DNA of 64,000 nucleotides from assembly GCA_951406725.2 (NCBI GenBank), contig OX597817.1:162006001-162070000 (forward strand), written 5' to 3'. Positions within the stretch are counted from its first letter, which is position 1, and every line of letters starts with the position of its first letter. Shown one piece after another: positions 25,783 through 39,498 of the stretch. The stretch is from Octopus vulgaris (lineage: Eukaryota). The notes under the pieces were generated by a model that saw only the letters and a program-made list of their open reading frames with translations, was not told the origin of the DNA and did not search any database. Made by a program: the position numbers and the translations under genes.

Positions 25783-26395
25783 TTTGTAAGCAGAAAGACG
25801 GAAATGGAGATGACTAGTTTCTAGTTTTGTTAGATCTTCATCAAGGAAAGAATATTTTCTCTCAATAGAGAGTGTAACAGTTTATTGTTTATTCAGTTCA
25901 GCGTATACAAACACTGACGGTGCTAATACGGTCTACTTTGTAAGCAGAAAGACGGAAATGGAGATGACTAGTTTCTAGTTTTGTTAGATCTTCATCAAGG
26001 AAAGAATATTTTCTCTCGATAGAGAGTGTAACAGTTTATTGTTTATTCAGTTCAGCGTATACAAACACTGACAGTACTAATACAGTCTACTTTGTAAGCA
26101 GAAAGACGGAAATGGAGATGACTAGTTTCTAGTTTTGTTAGATCTTCATCAAGGAAAGAATATTTTCTCTCGATAGAGAGTGTAACAGTTTATTGTTTAT
26201 TCAGTTCAGCGTATACAAACACTGACAGTACTAATACAGTCTACTTTGTAAGCAGAAAGACGGAAATGGAGATGACTAGTTTCTAGTTTTGTTAGACCTT
26301 CATCAAGGAAAGAATATTTTCTCTCGATAGAGAGTGTAACAGTTTATTGTTTATTCAGTTCAGCGTATACAAACACTGACTGTGCTAATACGGTC
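25783..26395 (-). repeat. Tandem array, 4 x 154 bp, each unit with a hammerhead-like motif on the minus strand
   Basis: TTTGTAAGCAGAAAGACG recurs at 25783, 25937, 26091 and 26245; units near-identical; minus strand has TTGATGAAG...GAAACTAGTC. Confidence 0.92.
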
Positions 26396-26562
26396 AGTCT
26401 AATTTGCATAACTGTTTAACAACCTGCACATGCACCGATAATGCAATGAATGCTTTCTTCTCACAATCTCTTTCTCTGTAAATATGCATAGATGTGAGTG
26501 CATGCATGTGTGTGTGCGCGCATACGCAAACCCAAGTACACGATACACACACGTGGCAAATC

Positions 26563-26985
26563 TAGGCTGCGCGGTAAGTAGCTAGCTTACTAACCACATG
26601 GTTCTGGGTTCAGTCGCACTGCGTGGCACCTTAAGCAAGTGTCTTCTACTATAGCCTCAGGCTGACCAAAGCCTTGTGAGCAGATTTGGTAGACGGAAAC
26701 TGAAAGAAACCCGGTGTATATATAAAGAAGCCAGCTCGCTGTACATATATATATATAAAGCATTCATTATATTATCGGTGCATGTGCAGTTTGTTAAACA
26801 GTTATGCAAACATATATATATATATATATATATATGTTTGTGTCTGCCCCCCACTATCGCTTGACGTCTCCCGTAACTTAGTGGTTCGGCAAAAGTGATC
26901 GATAGAATAAGTACTAGGCTTACAAACAATGAGTCCTGGGGTCGATTTGTTCGACTAAAGACGGTGCTCCAACATGGCTGCAAGT
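26563..26985 (+). mobile_element. SINE family A with a foreign segment in its microsatellite
   Basis: Family-A head and tail; 26757-26810 is an inverted copy of 26403-26456. Confidence 0.8.
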
Positions 26986-27464
26986 GAAAGAGCCTAGATC
27001 GATTTTCGAAACTTATTGGGGTTTCATCAGAGTTGTCTATATCATTTGGCCAATGCCATAGAAACAAGCAGCCAACTTCTTTATATACTCTACAAATCCA
27101 GTAGCTACAGAGAACTGGTGTTACTAATTTGCATACCCTTAATTGTGTGACATGTTATTTAATTTCTGCAGCTTGTCAAAGGACATCTATCTAACTTATT
27201 CTGTTAACAAAATTCGGGATGCGGGGTTCAGCTACTCGATAGATGGAAAATGCATTAAATATTAAAAAACCTACACATGGGACACGCACAGAAGAACCCT
27301 AACTCTTCATCAGTACTGCCCGAAATACTAATGCACAGTTTCATGCCTGAGAGAGAGAGGTGGGGTGAATGACCGAGAGAAAGAGGTAGATAGATAGATA
27401 TGCGCAGATATATACAGACACACACACACGCGCGCATATATATATTGAAACCGGTACTGAAATA

Positions 27465-27860
27465 TCTTTATATATAAAAGTGAAGTTGTGTGTCTGTCTC
27501 CTACGATTTAGATTCCTAACTACTCCCACATTTTGCGGTGCAGTGTAACCAAAACCGGGTATCTTATAGTCGTGATTCATATCGAGCCCTTCTGGGTATT
27601 AGCGCGCGTCTACGATGAGTCTGCGATTTAAAAAAAAATTTACCATCATTTTTTTTTCCATTTTAATGCATTTTTTCGCTATTATATAAGGGAAGTAACT
27701 CTCTAAAAATGTCTACGAGTCAACGATTTAAAAAAAAAATTACCATAATTTTTTTTCCATTTTTAATGCATTTTTTGGCTATTTTTGGCTATAACTCTCT
27801 AAAAATGCTTATACAGTTATTTCCCTTACAAACCCGAGCAACGCCGGGCGATACGGCTAG
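27465..27860 (+). mobile_element. Non-autonomous Helitron (type H2)
   Basis: A|TCTTTATATATAAAAG ... CCCGAGCAACGCCGGG hairpin ... CTAG|T. Confidence 0.9.
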
Positions 27861-28285
27861 TTTTTTTATAAAATTATTTTAGCATTTATACAGTGTGTGT
27901 GAGTGTCAGTGTGTGTGAGTGTCAGTGTGTGTGAGTGTCAGTGTGTGTGAGTGTCAGTGTGTGTGAGTGTCAGTGTGTGTGTGTGTGTTTGTGTGTGTGT
28001 TAGCTCACTTTCCAACCACGTGTACCTTGGGCAAATGTCTTCTACTACAGCACCGGGCAAAACAAATGACTTGTAAGTGAATTTGGTGGGCGCTTTAAAT
28101 GCTCGAGTCTCTGATACCCAAGTGGCTAAAAAGTATCAGTAGTACCAGTGGATGGGTCGATGTAATAGACTTACCCCCGCTCCGGAACTTACTGACCTTA
28201 GAGATTAACAAGTTAAAGGGCCTGAGGTGGGGTTTCTTCTAAGATGATCTTCTTGAGGGTTTCTTATCAACATATATATATATAT

Positions 28286-28322
<37 letters not shown>

Positions 28323-28325
<3 letters not shown>

Positions 28326-28546
28326 TCTTTTACTATTTTACTTGTTTCAGTCATTTGACTGTGGTCATGCTGGAGCACCGGCCTTAGTCGAGCAAATCGA
28401 CCCCAGGACTTATTATTCTTTGTAAGCCTAATACTTATTCTAGCGGTCCCTTTTGCAGAACCGCTAAGTTACGGGGATGTAAACACACCAGCATCGGTTG
28501 TCAAGCGATGTTGGGGGGGGGGACAAACACAGACACACAAACGTAT

Positions 28547-28598
<52 letters not shown>

Positions 28599-28801
28599 AG
28601 ATAGGGGTTGAAAATTCAACCCACCATGGGATAATATATATCCAATATACTGCTAGATAGGTACCCAACAAAAATTAATACATAGATGTTAGAAATTGCC
28701 TTTACTCCTATGTAATGGTGTATTAAAGTATGGATTGAGTATCATCGGATAGTTGATGTTTTATTGATTTAAGTATGTTTCTCCATTCTCTAATTTTGTA
28801 G

Positions 28802-28847
<46 letters not shown>

Positions 28848-29069
28848 GTATATATATATACATATGTATATATATATACATATGTATATATATATATACA
28901 TTTATACGACGAGCTTCTTTCAGTTTCCGTCTACCAAATCCACTCACAAGGCGTTGGTCAGCCCGGGGCTATAGTTGAAGACACTTGCCCAAGGTGACAT
29001 GCAGTGGGACTGAATCCGGAACCATGTGGTTGGTAAACAAGCTACTTACCACTCAGCCACTCCTGCGCC
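28323..29069 (-). mobile_element. SINE family A split by a 210-bp insert within its (TA)n
   Basis: Tail at 28323-28560 and head at about 28905-29069; unrelated sequence at 28594-28805 lies between TA tracts. Confidence 0.85.
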
Positions 29070-29082
29070 TATATATATATAT

Positions 29083-29129
<47 letters not shown>

Positions 29130-29502
29130 ATGTATGTATGTATGTATGTATGTATGTATGTATGTATGCATGTATGTGCATATATATATCTTTTTTATCT
29201 TTTATTTGTTTTACTTATTAGTCAGTGACCCTGCTGGGAAAAGGCTTCCAAGAATTTTAGTCGAAATTATCAGCCCTAGTAGTTTTTGGGGGGTTTATTT
29301 TTTTTGTTTTTTGTAAAGTCTGGTACTTATTCTATCGTCTCTTTGGCCTAACCGCTAAGTTACGGGGACGGAAACACACTGGTTGTAAAGCTGTGGTAGA
29401 GGACGAACCTGTACACAAAGGCACGCACACACACACACACACACGCACACACGTGCGTGTCTGTCTGTCTGTCTATGTCTGTGCGAGTGTATGCGACAGA
29501 AA

Positions 29503-29564
<62 letters not shown>

Positions 29565-29725
29565 GACAGGCTTCTTTCAGTTTCCGCGAAACAAATCCAT
29601 ACACAAGGCTTTGAGAAGACACTTAAGCAAGGTGCCATGCAGTGGGATTGAACCCGAAACCATGTGGTTGGGAAGCAACTTCTAACTGCAAAACCTCATA
29701 CTGTGCAAACACGAACAGAAAAACA

Positions 29726-29760
<35 letters not shown>

Positions 29761-30599
29761 TTGGACCACCACTGCTTGTCAACCAGTGTTGGTTTGTTTA
29801 CGGCCGTTTCACTTAGCTTTTCGGCAAAAGAGACTGATTAGAGACAAATTAAGTCTTTAAAAAAAAAAAATAAATAAATAAATAAATAATGGGGGCCGAT
29901 TTGTTCGACTAAACCCTTTAGGTCTGTGCCCCAGAATGGTCGCAGTCGAATGAGTGAAACAACCAACAAAGATATCTGTATGCGTGTGTGTGTCTATGTG
30001 TTTGTCTGTATGTGTGTGCATGCGTGTGTGTCTGTGTTTGTCTGTATGTGTGTGTGTGTCTATGTTTGTCTGTATGCGTGTGTGTGTGTCTATGTGTTTG
30101 TCTGTATGCGTGTGCATGCGTGTGTGTGTCTATGTGTTTGTCTGTATGTGTGTGCATGCGTGTGTGTGTCTTTTTCAAAAACTACGCATCGAACACACGA
30201 ACATACACGCATACATACATACATAGCTGGGAAGCGAACTTACCACACAGACACACACATACACACACAAACATACACGCACACACGCGCATACACACAC
30301 ACACATACACGTATATATTTATATATATATATAATGCTTGTGTAAGTGCCTGCACCGTTGTGTGAACGTGTGGCATTGTGGCTCCACCTGCAGGAACTTA
30401 TGTGTATGTCTGTCTCTAGGTTTAAATCTGTGTCTATGCGTATACGTTTGCCTATATCCTGCCGGTGTGTGAGCGTGAGTCTGTGTATGTATAAGTATGT
30501 GTGTGAGTGTGTGTGTGTGTGTTGGGGACTGTGTGTGTCTGTGTGTGTTGGGGACTATGTGTGTATGTGTGTGTTCGTTTGTATGTTTGTCTCTGTCGC

Positions 30600-30634
<35 letters not shown>

Positions 30635-30689
30635 TTATGATCCTGTGTACGTTTTTCAAATTCTCTCTCGCTCGCTCATTTTTTCTCTC

Positions 30690-30725
<36 letters not shown>

Positions 30726-30985
30726 GCTCTCTCTCTCTCTCTCTGTCACTCTATTTCTTACCACCTCTCTTCGGCGTTCCCTCTATGTAGTGCTCTCGCC
30801 ACTTCATGCTCTCTTTCTCTCTCTCTCACTACGTGTATATATATATATATATATATTTAAAGAGAGACAGACAGACATAGAGACAGAGGGAGAAAGATTT
30901 TATAATTTCATTGACAGTGAGTTCGAATTTTCGCCGGACTATTCATACTATCTAATTATATACATATGTAGATAGATAGATAGAT

Positions 30986-31090
<105 letters not shown>

Positions 31091-31270
31091 AAAAGATAGA
31101 TAGATAGACAGACAGACAGTTACATACAGACAGACAGTTAGACACATACATACATACATACTTACATACATACATACTTACATACATACAAACATACATG
31201 CATACAAACATAGTTTAACATTTTCATCGACTGTGACTTCGAAATTTCGCCGGACAATTCAAATTATAAT

Positions 31271-31344
<74 letters not shown>

Positions 31345-31821
31345 TATAGATAGATATATACACTCAGCGGTATCCCTACTGCTTTTCCTTCACTACCCCT
31401 AACCCAAATTTCCCTTCTGTAGTGGGTTACGAATGTCTGTGGGAGTAAAAGGAAACACACACACACACACACACACACAAAATTAAAACTATACACTCAT
31501 ACACATATACGTACATTCACACACACACATACGGACATACATATACACACACACACACATTTGCACTTACGCATTCGCCCTTTCACCTTGACAACCCTAC
31601 CCAGTCATGGACACGTCTTTACTAGAGAAGTAGAAAGACAGCTAGCTAGTCAGCTAGGCAAATAGCCAGCTAGCTAGCTAGCTGACTAGTTGTCTTGGCA
31701 TGATGGCAGTGGAAAAAGTGTAGATGCTGCGATGGGGGGGATCGGCGGCTCGGGTGGGGGTGGTCAACGAATGACATAGAGGAGTGTTGGGTGGAGGGAA
31801 GAGATGGGAGAGAACATTACG

Positions 31822-31859
<38 letters not shown>

Positions 31860-32190
31860 TGTATGTGCGTGTGTTTGTGTGTGTTGTGTATGTATGAGTG
31901 TGTGTGTTCCTATATGTGTGCTTCTGTGTATGTGTGTGTCAGTGTTGTATGCGTGTTTGATAGCGAAGCTGTTGGTAGGCCCCATGCGTGTGTGTAAGTG
32001 TATGTATATATATGTGTGTGTGTGTGTGTGTTGTGTCATGCTGGTATATGTATATATATATATATATAAATACATATGTATACGTGTGTGTGTGTGTGTG
32101 TACGTGGTGTGAGTGTATGTATATATATATGTGTGTGTGTATGTGTGTATATACATGGGTGTAATTTTATGTGTTTGATATCGGTATATG

Positions 32191-32224
<34 letters not shown>

Positions 32225-32249
32225 TACATATGTATGCAAGTGTGTGTGA

Positions 32250-32285
<36 letters not shown>

Positions 32286-32383
32286 GTGTGTGTGTGTATG
32301 TGTATACACATGGGTATAATTCTGTTTCATGTTGGTATATGTATATATATATCAATACATATGTATACGTGTGTGTGTGAGTG

Positions 32384-32433
<50 letters not shown>

Positions 32434-33369
32434 TATATACATGGGTGTAATTTTATGTGTGTTTGATGTTGGTATATGTATATATTATATACATATTATA
32501 TATATATAAATACATATGTATACGTGTGCGTGTGTATGCCTATGTGTGAGTGTATTTCTAAGCCTGTGCTTTATAGTTGTATTGTGTGGGTGTTGTAATT
32601 GTTGTTGTTGTTGTTGTTGTTGTTGTATTTAGGACTACTGTAAGACGATGTGTCCTTCCCTTTTTTAAGACGCATGTGTGTGAGTGGAGAGAATTTGGTT
32701 GTTCTGTCGGCAATGCATGTGTGTGTGTGTGTGTGTGTAGTGTTTGTACATAGGTGTACGAATGTATGTATGTATGTATGTATGTATGTATGTATGTATG
32801 TATGTATGTATGTATGTGTGTGTGTGTGTATGTATTATACGCTCGTGTTTTACTTTCGAAGTGTGTATCGATATATGTTGTTGTTGTTCTTGTTGTTTAA
32901 CCCAAGGTCAGCCGGTTCGAGTAGAAATATGATCAAAGGTGTTCTGGGGGGTGACTGTCACGTTCTTATTATTACATTTCAGGGACAACGTCAGCCAAAC
33001 CCTTTTCTTTTCTCATTTAGACTTACTTGGGTGAGATTCGAGGGAAATATTGCTATTATTTCTAGTCAACTTTGAGTCTCGTTATGTGTATACGTGTACG
33101 TGTTATATGTCTGTATGTATATATTTATGTTGTGTATGAGTGTATGTGTGAGTGTATGAGCGTGTATGTGGAAGTGTTTGATGATAGAACTATAGATGTG
33201 TATGTACTGGTGTATGTATGCATAGTTCATGTGACGTACGTATCTATTGTATGTTTGTGTGCGTGTGTGTGTGTGTGTGTGTGTATGTGTGTGTACGTGA
33301 ATTCTGTTCGTGTGGTAGATATGCTAAGAGTGCGTGTGCTCCACTGGAGATGTGACGTATATACGTTCT

Positions 33370-33574
33370 TTTACCCTTTTACTTGTTTCAGTCGTTTGAC
33401 TGCGGCCATGCTGGAGCACCGCTTTTAGTCGAGCAAATCGACCACAGGAACTTATTCTTTGTAAGCCTAGTACTTATTCTATCGGGCTCCTTTTGCCGAC
33501 GCGCTCAGTTACGGGGACGTAAACACACCAGCATCGGAGGTCAAGCGATGTTGGGGGGACAAACAAAGACACAA

Positions 33575-33623
<49 letters not shown>

Positions 33624-33796
33624 TACATATATACAACGGGCTTCTTTCAGTTTCCGCCAACCAAATCCACTCACAAGGTTTTGGTCGGCCCGAAGCTATA
33701 GTAAAAGACACTTGCTCAAGGTGCCACGCAGTGGGACTGAACCCGGAACCATGTGGTTGGCAAGCTAGCTACTTACCACACAGCCACTCCTACGCC
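33370..33796 (-). mobile_element. SINE family A
   Basis: Full reverse-complement copy. Confidence 0.9.
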
Positions 33797-33896
33797 TATA
33801 TGTCTGTGTGTGTGTGTGGTGTGAAACACAGTATAGGTTTTAGAATGTGTATTGCTCATATATATATATATATATATAAATTCATGCATGTGTCTA

Positions 33897-33937
<41 letters not shown>

Positions 33938-34206
33938 ATTTCAGTCTGTCTGTCTGTCTATTTGTCTGTCTGTCTGCCTGCCTGCGTGCGAATGCACGCA
34001 TGTAGGGTGTGTTGTAAGTGGATACATGTGCGGTTTAATCAGTTGTGTATGTAGATTGATACATTCAGAGCTGTAACATATGTGTGTGTTGTTGTGTGTG
34101 TGTGTGTGTGTGCGCGTGCGTGCGTGAGTGCGTGCGTATATGTGCGTGCGTGTGTGAATGTACGAATTGCTTGAACGGAATGACACGTGTGAAATAATCC
34201 GGGATA

Positions 34207-34510
34207 TCTTCTTTATATATAAAAGTGAAGTTGTGTGAGTGTCTGTCTCCTACGATTTAGATTCCTAACTACTCCCACATTTTGCGGTGCAGTTTAACCA
34301 AAACCGGGTATCTTATAGTCGTGATTCATATCGAGCCCTTCTGGGTATTAGCGCGCGTCTACGATGAGTCTACGATTTTAAAAATAATTTAACATCATTT
34401 TTTTTCCATTTTTAATGCATTTTTTTGCTATTTTTTGGCTATAACTCTCTAAAAATGCTTATATAGTTATTTCCCTTACAAACCCGAGCAACGCCGGGCG
34501 ATACTGCTAG
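34207..34510 (+). mobile_element. Non-autonomous Helitron (type H2, short)
   Basis: TC start, terminal hairpin plus CTAG, A|T target; has one internal subrepeat instead of two. Confidence 0.9.
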
Positions 34511-34619
34511 TAAGATTTAAAATAAACTTACATCCGCGTTCCCTATACAGCCTTTCTATTTCATTGAGCCCTTTGCTTAAATTCTTGCACGCAGAATTCA
34601 TTTATTCCTATCACTAGAT

Positions 34620-34890
34620 CGCTCCGTGTCGTGGTGGAGGGGCATGCGTGTACTCTGAGAGCGATGCTGTCAGGAGTTCTAATCTATTGGGAAGGCCACC
34701 CTTGGCGGCGGCAAGGTGAAGGAAGAGGGCCCAGAGTAAGCACAATCGACACCCAAAGACCCCAACGGTGGAGTAAGCGGATGATGGCTACAACAGATGT
34801 CAACGTCTGAACTAGAGGACGAAAGGGGATACGCATGACGGCGTCACTCAAAACTAGAAAAGAATCAGCGGCAGTCTGTTGCATGTTTCA
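34620..34890 (+). mobile_element. Probable RTE-clade LINE 5' UTR fragment
   Basis: Begins GTGTCGTGGTGGAGGGGCATGCGTGT, resembling from recall the 5' end of BovB/Expander-type RTEs. Confidence 0.45.
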
Positions 34891-35038
34891 TAATTAAATC
34901 GTGCATCTCTCACTCTTATATGTGCTGCAAAGGAAAATCATGAAACCAAGTGTGTGGGTCAATTCTTGGCAAGTTGGTGTCCACCTTGCCATTGACACTT
35001 TATCCTGCTCTGATACTCTTTTAATTCCAACCAATGGT

Positions 35039-35436
35039 GGATCTTTTCCTTTTGGTAGACAGAATTCAACACAATTTCTAGTTAACTAAACAATTTGAAA
35101 CTTCGTATACTGGTAGAATCGTTAATATTTTTATTGGGCGACGAAATTCATCGATTTAAGAGATATGGCTGTTATTTCTAGCACATGCCAACACGACCCT
35201 CCTCGTTTGTTTATCAATATTGATAATGCAGCAAATGATTTCAGCTCAAAAGTGAGCATAGGATTGGTTAAAATTCGAAAAATTAAACTACGTTAAACAA
35301 ACGAATTACAAATTTATCAAAAAAGCCAAGTGAAAATAATGTTTTCTTTTGACACATTCTACCAGTATACAAAGTTTCAAATTGTTTAGTTAACTAGAAA
35401 TTGTGTTGAATTCTGTCTACCAAAAGGAAAAGATCC
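35039..35436. mobile_element. Merlin-like MITE
   Basis: About 80-bp TIRs starting GGATCTTTTCC; perfect 8-bp TSD CCAATGGT at 35031-35038 and 35437-35444. Confidence 0.85.
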
Positions 35437-35603
35437 CCAATGGTATTTGAGTACTCTTTTCCCCACCTCGTTTCACATTTATGTGCTTACTCCAGTCGAA
35501 TGACCCGTCCTTGCTTTCTTTGTATCGTCTATCTGGATGTTTTGTTGTCCCATTTTTGTATCACCTAGCTGTCCGGATGTGTTGCGTTCTTATCCCATTT
35601 TAT

Positions 35604-35825
35604 ATATATAGTTAATCCAAACATGAACAGAGAGAAAACACAACAACGCGAGGACGTGGAATAAGTACTGAGTTATTGAACACTCAGGAAAGGAAAGAAA
35701 GAAGGAGGGTTTAACGTTTCGAGCGGAGCTCTCCGTCAGAAATATAGGAACAAGAAAGATCCAAAGAAGGGAAGACGGAGGAAAATAAATCGCCAACGGT
35801 ATACACGCGGTCACATTTTGAATAT
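35604..35825 (-). mobile_element. Family P1 element between (TA)n tracts
   Basis: Homologous to 13262-13458; variant hammerhead core at 35709-35742. Confidence 0.7.
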
Positions 35826-35839
35826 ATATATATATATAC

Positions 35840-36243
35840 AGTGGCTGTGTGGTAAGTAGCTTGTTTACCAACCACATGGTACCGGGTTCAGTCCCACTGC
35901 GTAGCACCACCTTGGGCAAGTGTCTTCTGCTATAGCCTCGGGCCGACCAAAAAATTGTGAGTGGATTTGGTAGACGGAAACTGAAAGAAGCCCGTCGTAT
36001 ATATATGTATATATATATATGCGTGTGTGTGTTTGTGTGTCTGTGATTGTCTCCCTAGCATTGCTTGACAACCGATGCTGGTGTGTTTATGTCCCCGTTT
36101 CTTAGCAGTTCGGCAAAAGCAACCGATAGAATAAGTATTGGGCTTACAAAAGAATAAGTCCTGGGGTCGAGTTGCTCGATTTAAGGCGGTGCTCCAGCAT
36201 GGCCGCAATCAAATGACTGAAACAAGTAAAAGAGTAAAAGAGT
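35840..36243 (+). mobile_element. SINE family A
   Basis: Head to (GAGTAAAA)n tail. Confidence 0.9.
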
Positions 36244-36433
36244 ATACACAAAATTTTGAGGGCAGACCACTAAAGTGGACAGCCTATATGCTAAACATAG
36301 TCGTCAAATCGCCATTACCACGAAGAATGTATTCTCAAGAAAAATCCCAACAAAAATGTAAAAAATAAGTAAGACAAATGAAAATATACAAAATAAAAAA
36401 CGATTACCTATGTACCATTGCTTTCACTTGTTA

Positions 36434-36798
36434 TCTCTCTATATATATAAACGGCAGTTTGTCTGTGTGTCTGTTAGGTTGTACCCTCACCCTGATCACG
36501 GCTTTCAACCGATTCTGATGAAACTTAACACACACATAGCCCAATGTCATAATTCAAAACTAACGCAGAGAAAATTTTGAAAAGTTCCCCCAGTTCTGAA
36601 AAAAATCGATAAATTCGACATGGGGTCGAGAATCAGAAACACAAACCACAGGCTGTCTAAGGGACGCAACTCGACCGTTTTAACTCTCAAAAAAAAAATT
36701 TACCATAATTTTTTTCCATTTTTTTGGCTATAACTCTCTAAAAATGCTTTATAGTTATTTCCCTTACAAACCCGAGCAACGCCGGGCGATACTGCTAG
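36434..36798 (+). mobile_element. Non-autonomous Helitron, H1/H2 chimera
   Basis: The 5' 200 bp match 11175-11385; the 3' end matches the H2 copies; CTAG|T end. Confidence 0.88.
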
Positions 36799-36816
36799 TA
36801 TATATATATTTATATA

Positions 36817-37211
36817 TACTCTTTTACTCTCTTACTTGTTTCAGTCATTTGACTGCGGCCATGCTGGAGCACCGCCTTTTTTTTAATCGAGCAACTCGAC
36901 CCCGGGACTTATTCTTTTGTAAGCCCAGTACTTATTCTATCGGTCCCTTTTGCCGAACCGCTAAGTAACGGGGACGCAAACACACTAGCATCGGTTGTCA
37001 AGCAAACACACAAACACACCCACGCATATATATATATATACATAAATACGACGGGCTTCTTTCAGCTTCCGTCTACCAAATCCACTCACAAGACTTTGGT
37101 CGGCCCGAGGCTATAGTAGAAGACACTTGCCCAAGGTGCCACGTAGTGGGACTGAACCCGGAACCATGTGGTTGGTAAACAAGCTACTTAGCACACAGCC
37201 ACTCCTACGCC
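36817..37211 (-). mobile_element. SINE family A
   Basis: Reverse-complement copy. Confidence 0.9.
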
Positions 37212-37596
37212 TATATATATATATACGCACGCACACACACATTTTCTTCCTTTACTTGTTTCAGTCATTTGACTGCGGCCATGCTGGAGCACTATGCATA
37301 TGTTTATGGGTGGGTCTCTTTGTGTCTGTTCCCCACACCATCGCTTGAGAACCGATGTTGCTGTGTTTACGTCCCCATAACCTAGCGTAAACTAGCGATT
37401 CGGCAAAAGAGATCGATAGGATGAGTACCAGCCTTACAAAAAATAAGTCCTGAGGTGGATTTCTTCGACTAAAAGGCGGTACTCCAGCATGGCTGCAGTC
37501 AGATGACTGAATCAAGTAAAAGAATAATAGAATAATAGAATATATTTATACATACATACATACATACATACATACATACATACATACATACATACA

Positions 37597-37668
<72 letters not shown>

Positions 37669-38852
37669 CATATATATATAATCAAAGATCAATGAAATCA
37701 GAAATTTAATGGGAACTCTATACAGGTGATCGGTAACCATAGAGGAAGCAAATTGTTATATTTTACAGATACATTTTTTAGCAAAGAAACTCTGCTTTCG
37801 CTTCTTCAATGACTCATCAGAAATGTTAATGCTCAAAGTTGCTTTTAAAATGCCCAACATATAACCAATGTGTTAGAACTCCATACGAACCAACTCCAAT
37901 TTAGCATTATTACATTGATAATTCTGTGTATCTGGCTCGTCGGATATAACAGAGTGCGGATATGAGATAACAGAGTACAAGGCATGAGAATATTGTGTAA
38001 ACTTATTTATTTATAGCATCTTTACGCGTGTTTCAGTGAGTCACACAATCATTGTATTTACCTTACGTAATCTTTCTGCAGACGTCATTTCATCAAAAGT
38101 GAAATATCTGTTGTTGTTATTGATAGATGCTTATAATAGTACAGAAATTTGAAAGCGAGATATAACAGAAATACTAAAGATATACAAAGTTGTTTGTGTT
38201 TCAAGTGGTGAGATATATGTCAGTATACAAAAACTACATATATAACACTCTGTTACATAAGTGTATCAAAATCAATGAAGTAGAACTAAGGATTTGAAGA
38301 TTTCAACTAGTAAAGAGAAGCTATAAATAGGTTCGTAGACACATAAATACATACTAAAAGATCGGGTAAATACTTTTAGACAACGGTGGAGAAAGTGGCC
38401 AGCAGTTGCTACAGAAAATCGAACCCAGTACAAGGATGTTTACCCAATTTTCTAAGCTGTTCTCACTGCTATTCTGTGTTCGAAATTTCCTCTATTTTCT
38501 GCAAAATACTAACTCATTCGGTGCTTAAAGTTTGTTTATAAAATTGTTTATACATACATGAATATAGACAAATACATACGTATACAAATAAATACACACA
38601 CACATACATACATATATAGGATATATATATAGGCTGTGTGCTAAGTAGCTTGCTTACCAACCACATGGTTCTGGGTTCAGTCCCACTGCGTGGCACCTTG
38701 GGCAAGTGTCTTCTACTATAGCCTCGGGCCGACCAAAACTGAGTGGATTTGCTAGACGGAAACTCAAAAGAAGCCCGTCGTATATATGTGTGTGTCTGCC
38801 CCCCCCCCCCACATCGTTTGACAATCGATGCTGGTGTGCTACATCCCCGTAA

Positions 38853-38950
38853 CTTTCAGTTCACGACACGCATTCAACCGTAACTGCTTTTGATCTTCTA
38901 CGAGCAAGCGAGGCACAAATTTTGCTGCAATTCTTTATATGCTCAAAATT
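38853..38950 (-). mobile_element. mariner transposase fragment
   Basis: Translates RIAAKFVPRLLVEDQKQLRLNACRELK, the WVPHEL-linker region of mariner transposases. Confidence 0.7.
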
Positions 38951-39498
38951 CGTACGTAGGGACTCTCGAACATATATCAAAATACATTCCGATGCAAATA
39001 CTGATTTCATATTTTGGCAACAAGTCCAGCAATTTCGGAGAGGGGGATAGGTCGATTACATCACCCCGCCCCACTACTTAAATGGTACTTATTTTATCGC
39101 CTCCAAAAAGATGAAAGGTAATGTTGACCTCCGTGAACTTTGAACTGAGAACATTATGAAGGACGAAATACCGCCAGACGTGTTACCCGACGTGCTAACG
39201 GTTCTGCCAGCTCGCCGCCTTAAATTCTGATGAAAATATTAGCTAATGTCAGTGATTCGGCATCTTTTTAACCATCTTTTTGGATATCAAGTAAAAGAAT
39301 AAATCCTAGTTCATTTTCCATGTAAAATAGTAAAAAAAATTACTGCTGCACTTCGTATGGATAATTAAAAAATCATTATCTGTTAAAATGAATTTTTTTT
39401 TTAATTATAGAAAACTATTTCGGATCAGAAGCATAATTATTTTGGGTATAAGAAACTTATTAGCATTACATAATAAACTTGTGTACGTTATTTTTGTA

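Noticed and set aside
25783-26395. CRISPR-like array
   Set aside because: Whole units repeat with no unique spacers; eukaryotic context.
27290-27325. Minus-strand CTGATGAAGAG
   Set aside because: No downstream GAAA or stem III at a plausible distance.
28700-28752. Possible decayed hammerhead (CCGATGA-TACTC...GAGTA) in the TA-embedded insert
   Set aside because: GAAA box and stem I are missing; too many mismatches to call.
37785-37825. Minus-strand CTGATGA-GTC...GC-GAAA
   Set aside because: No valid stem III, NUH or stem I; at best a decayed motif.
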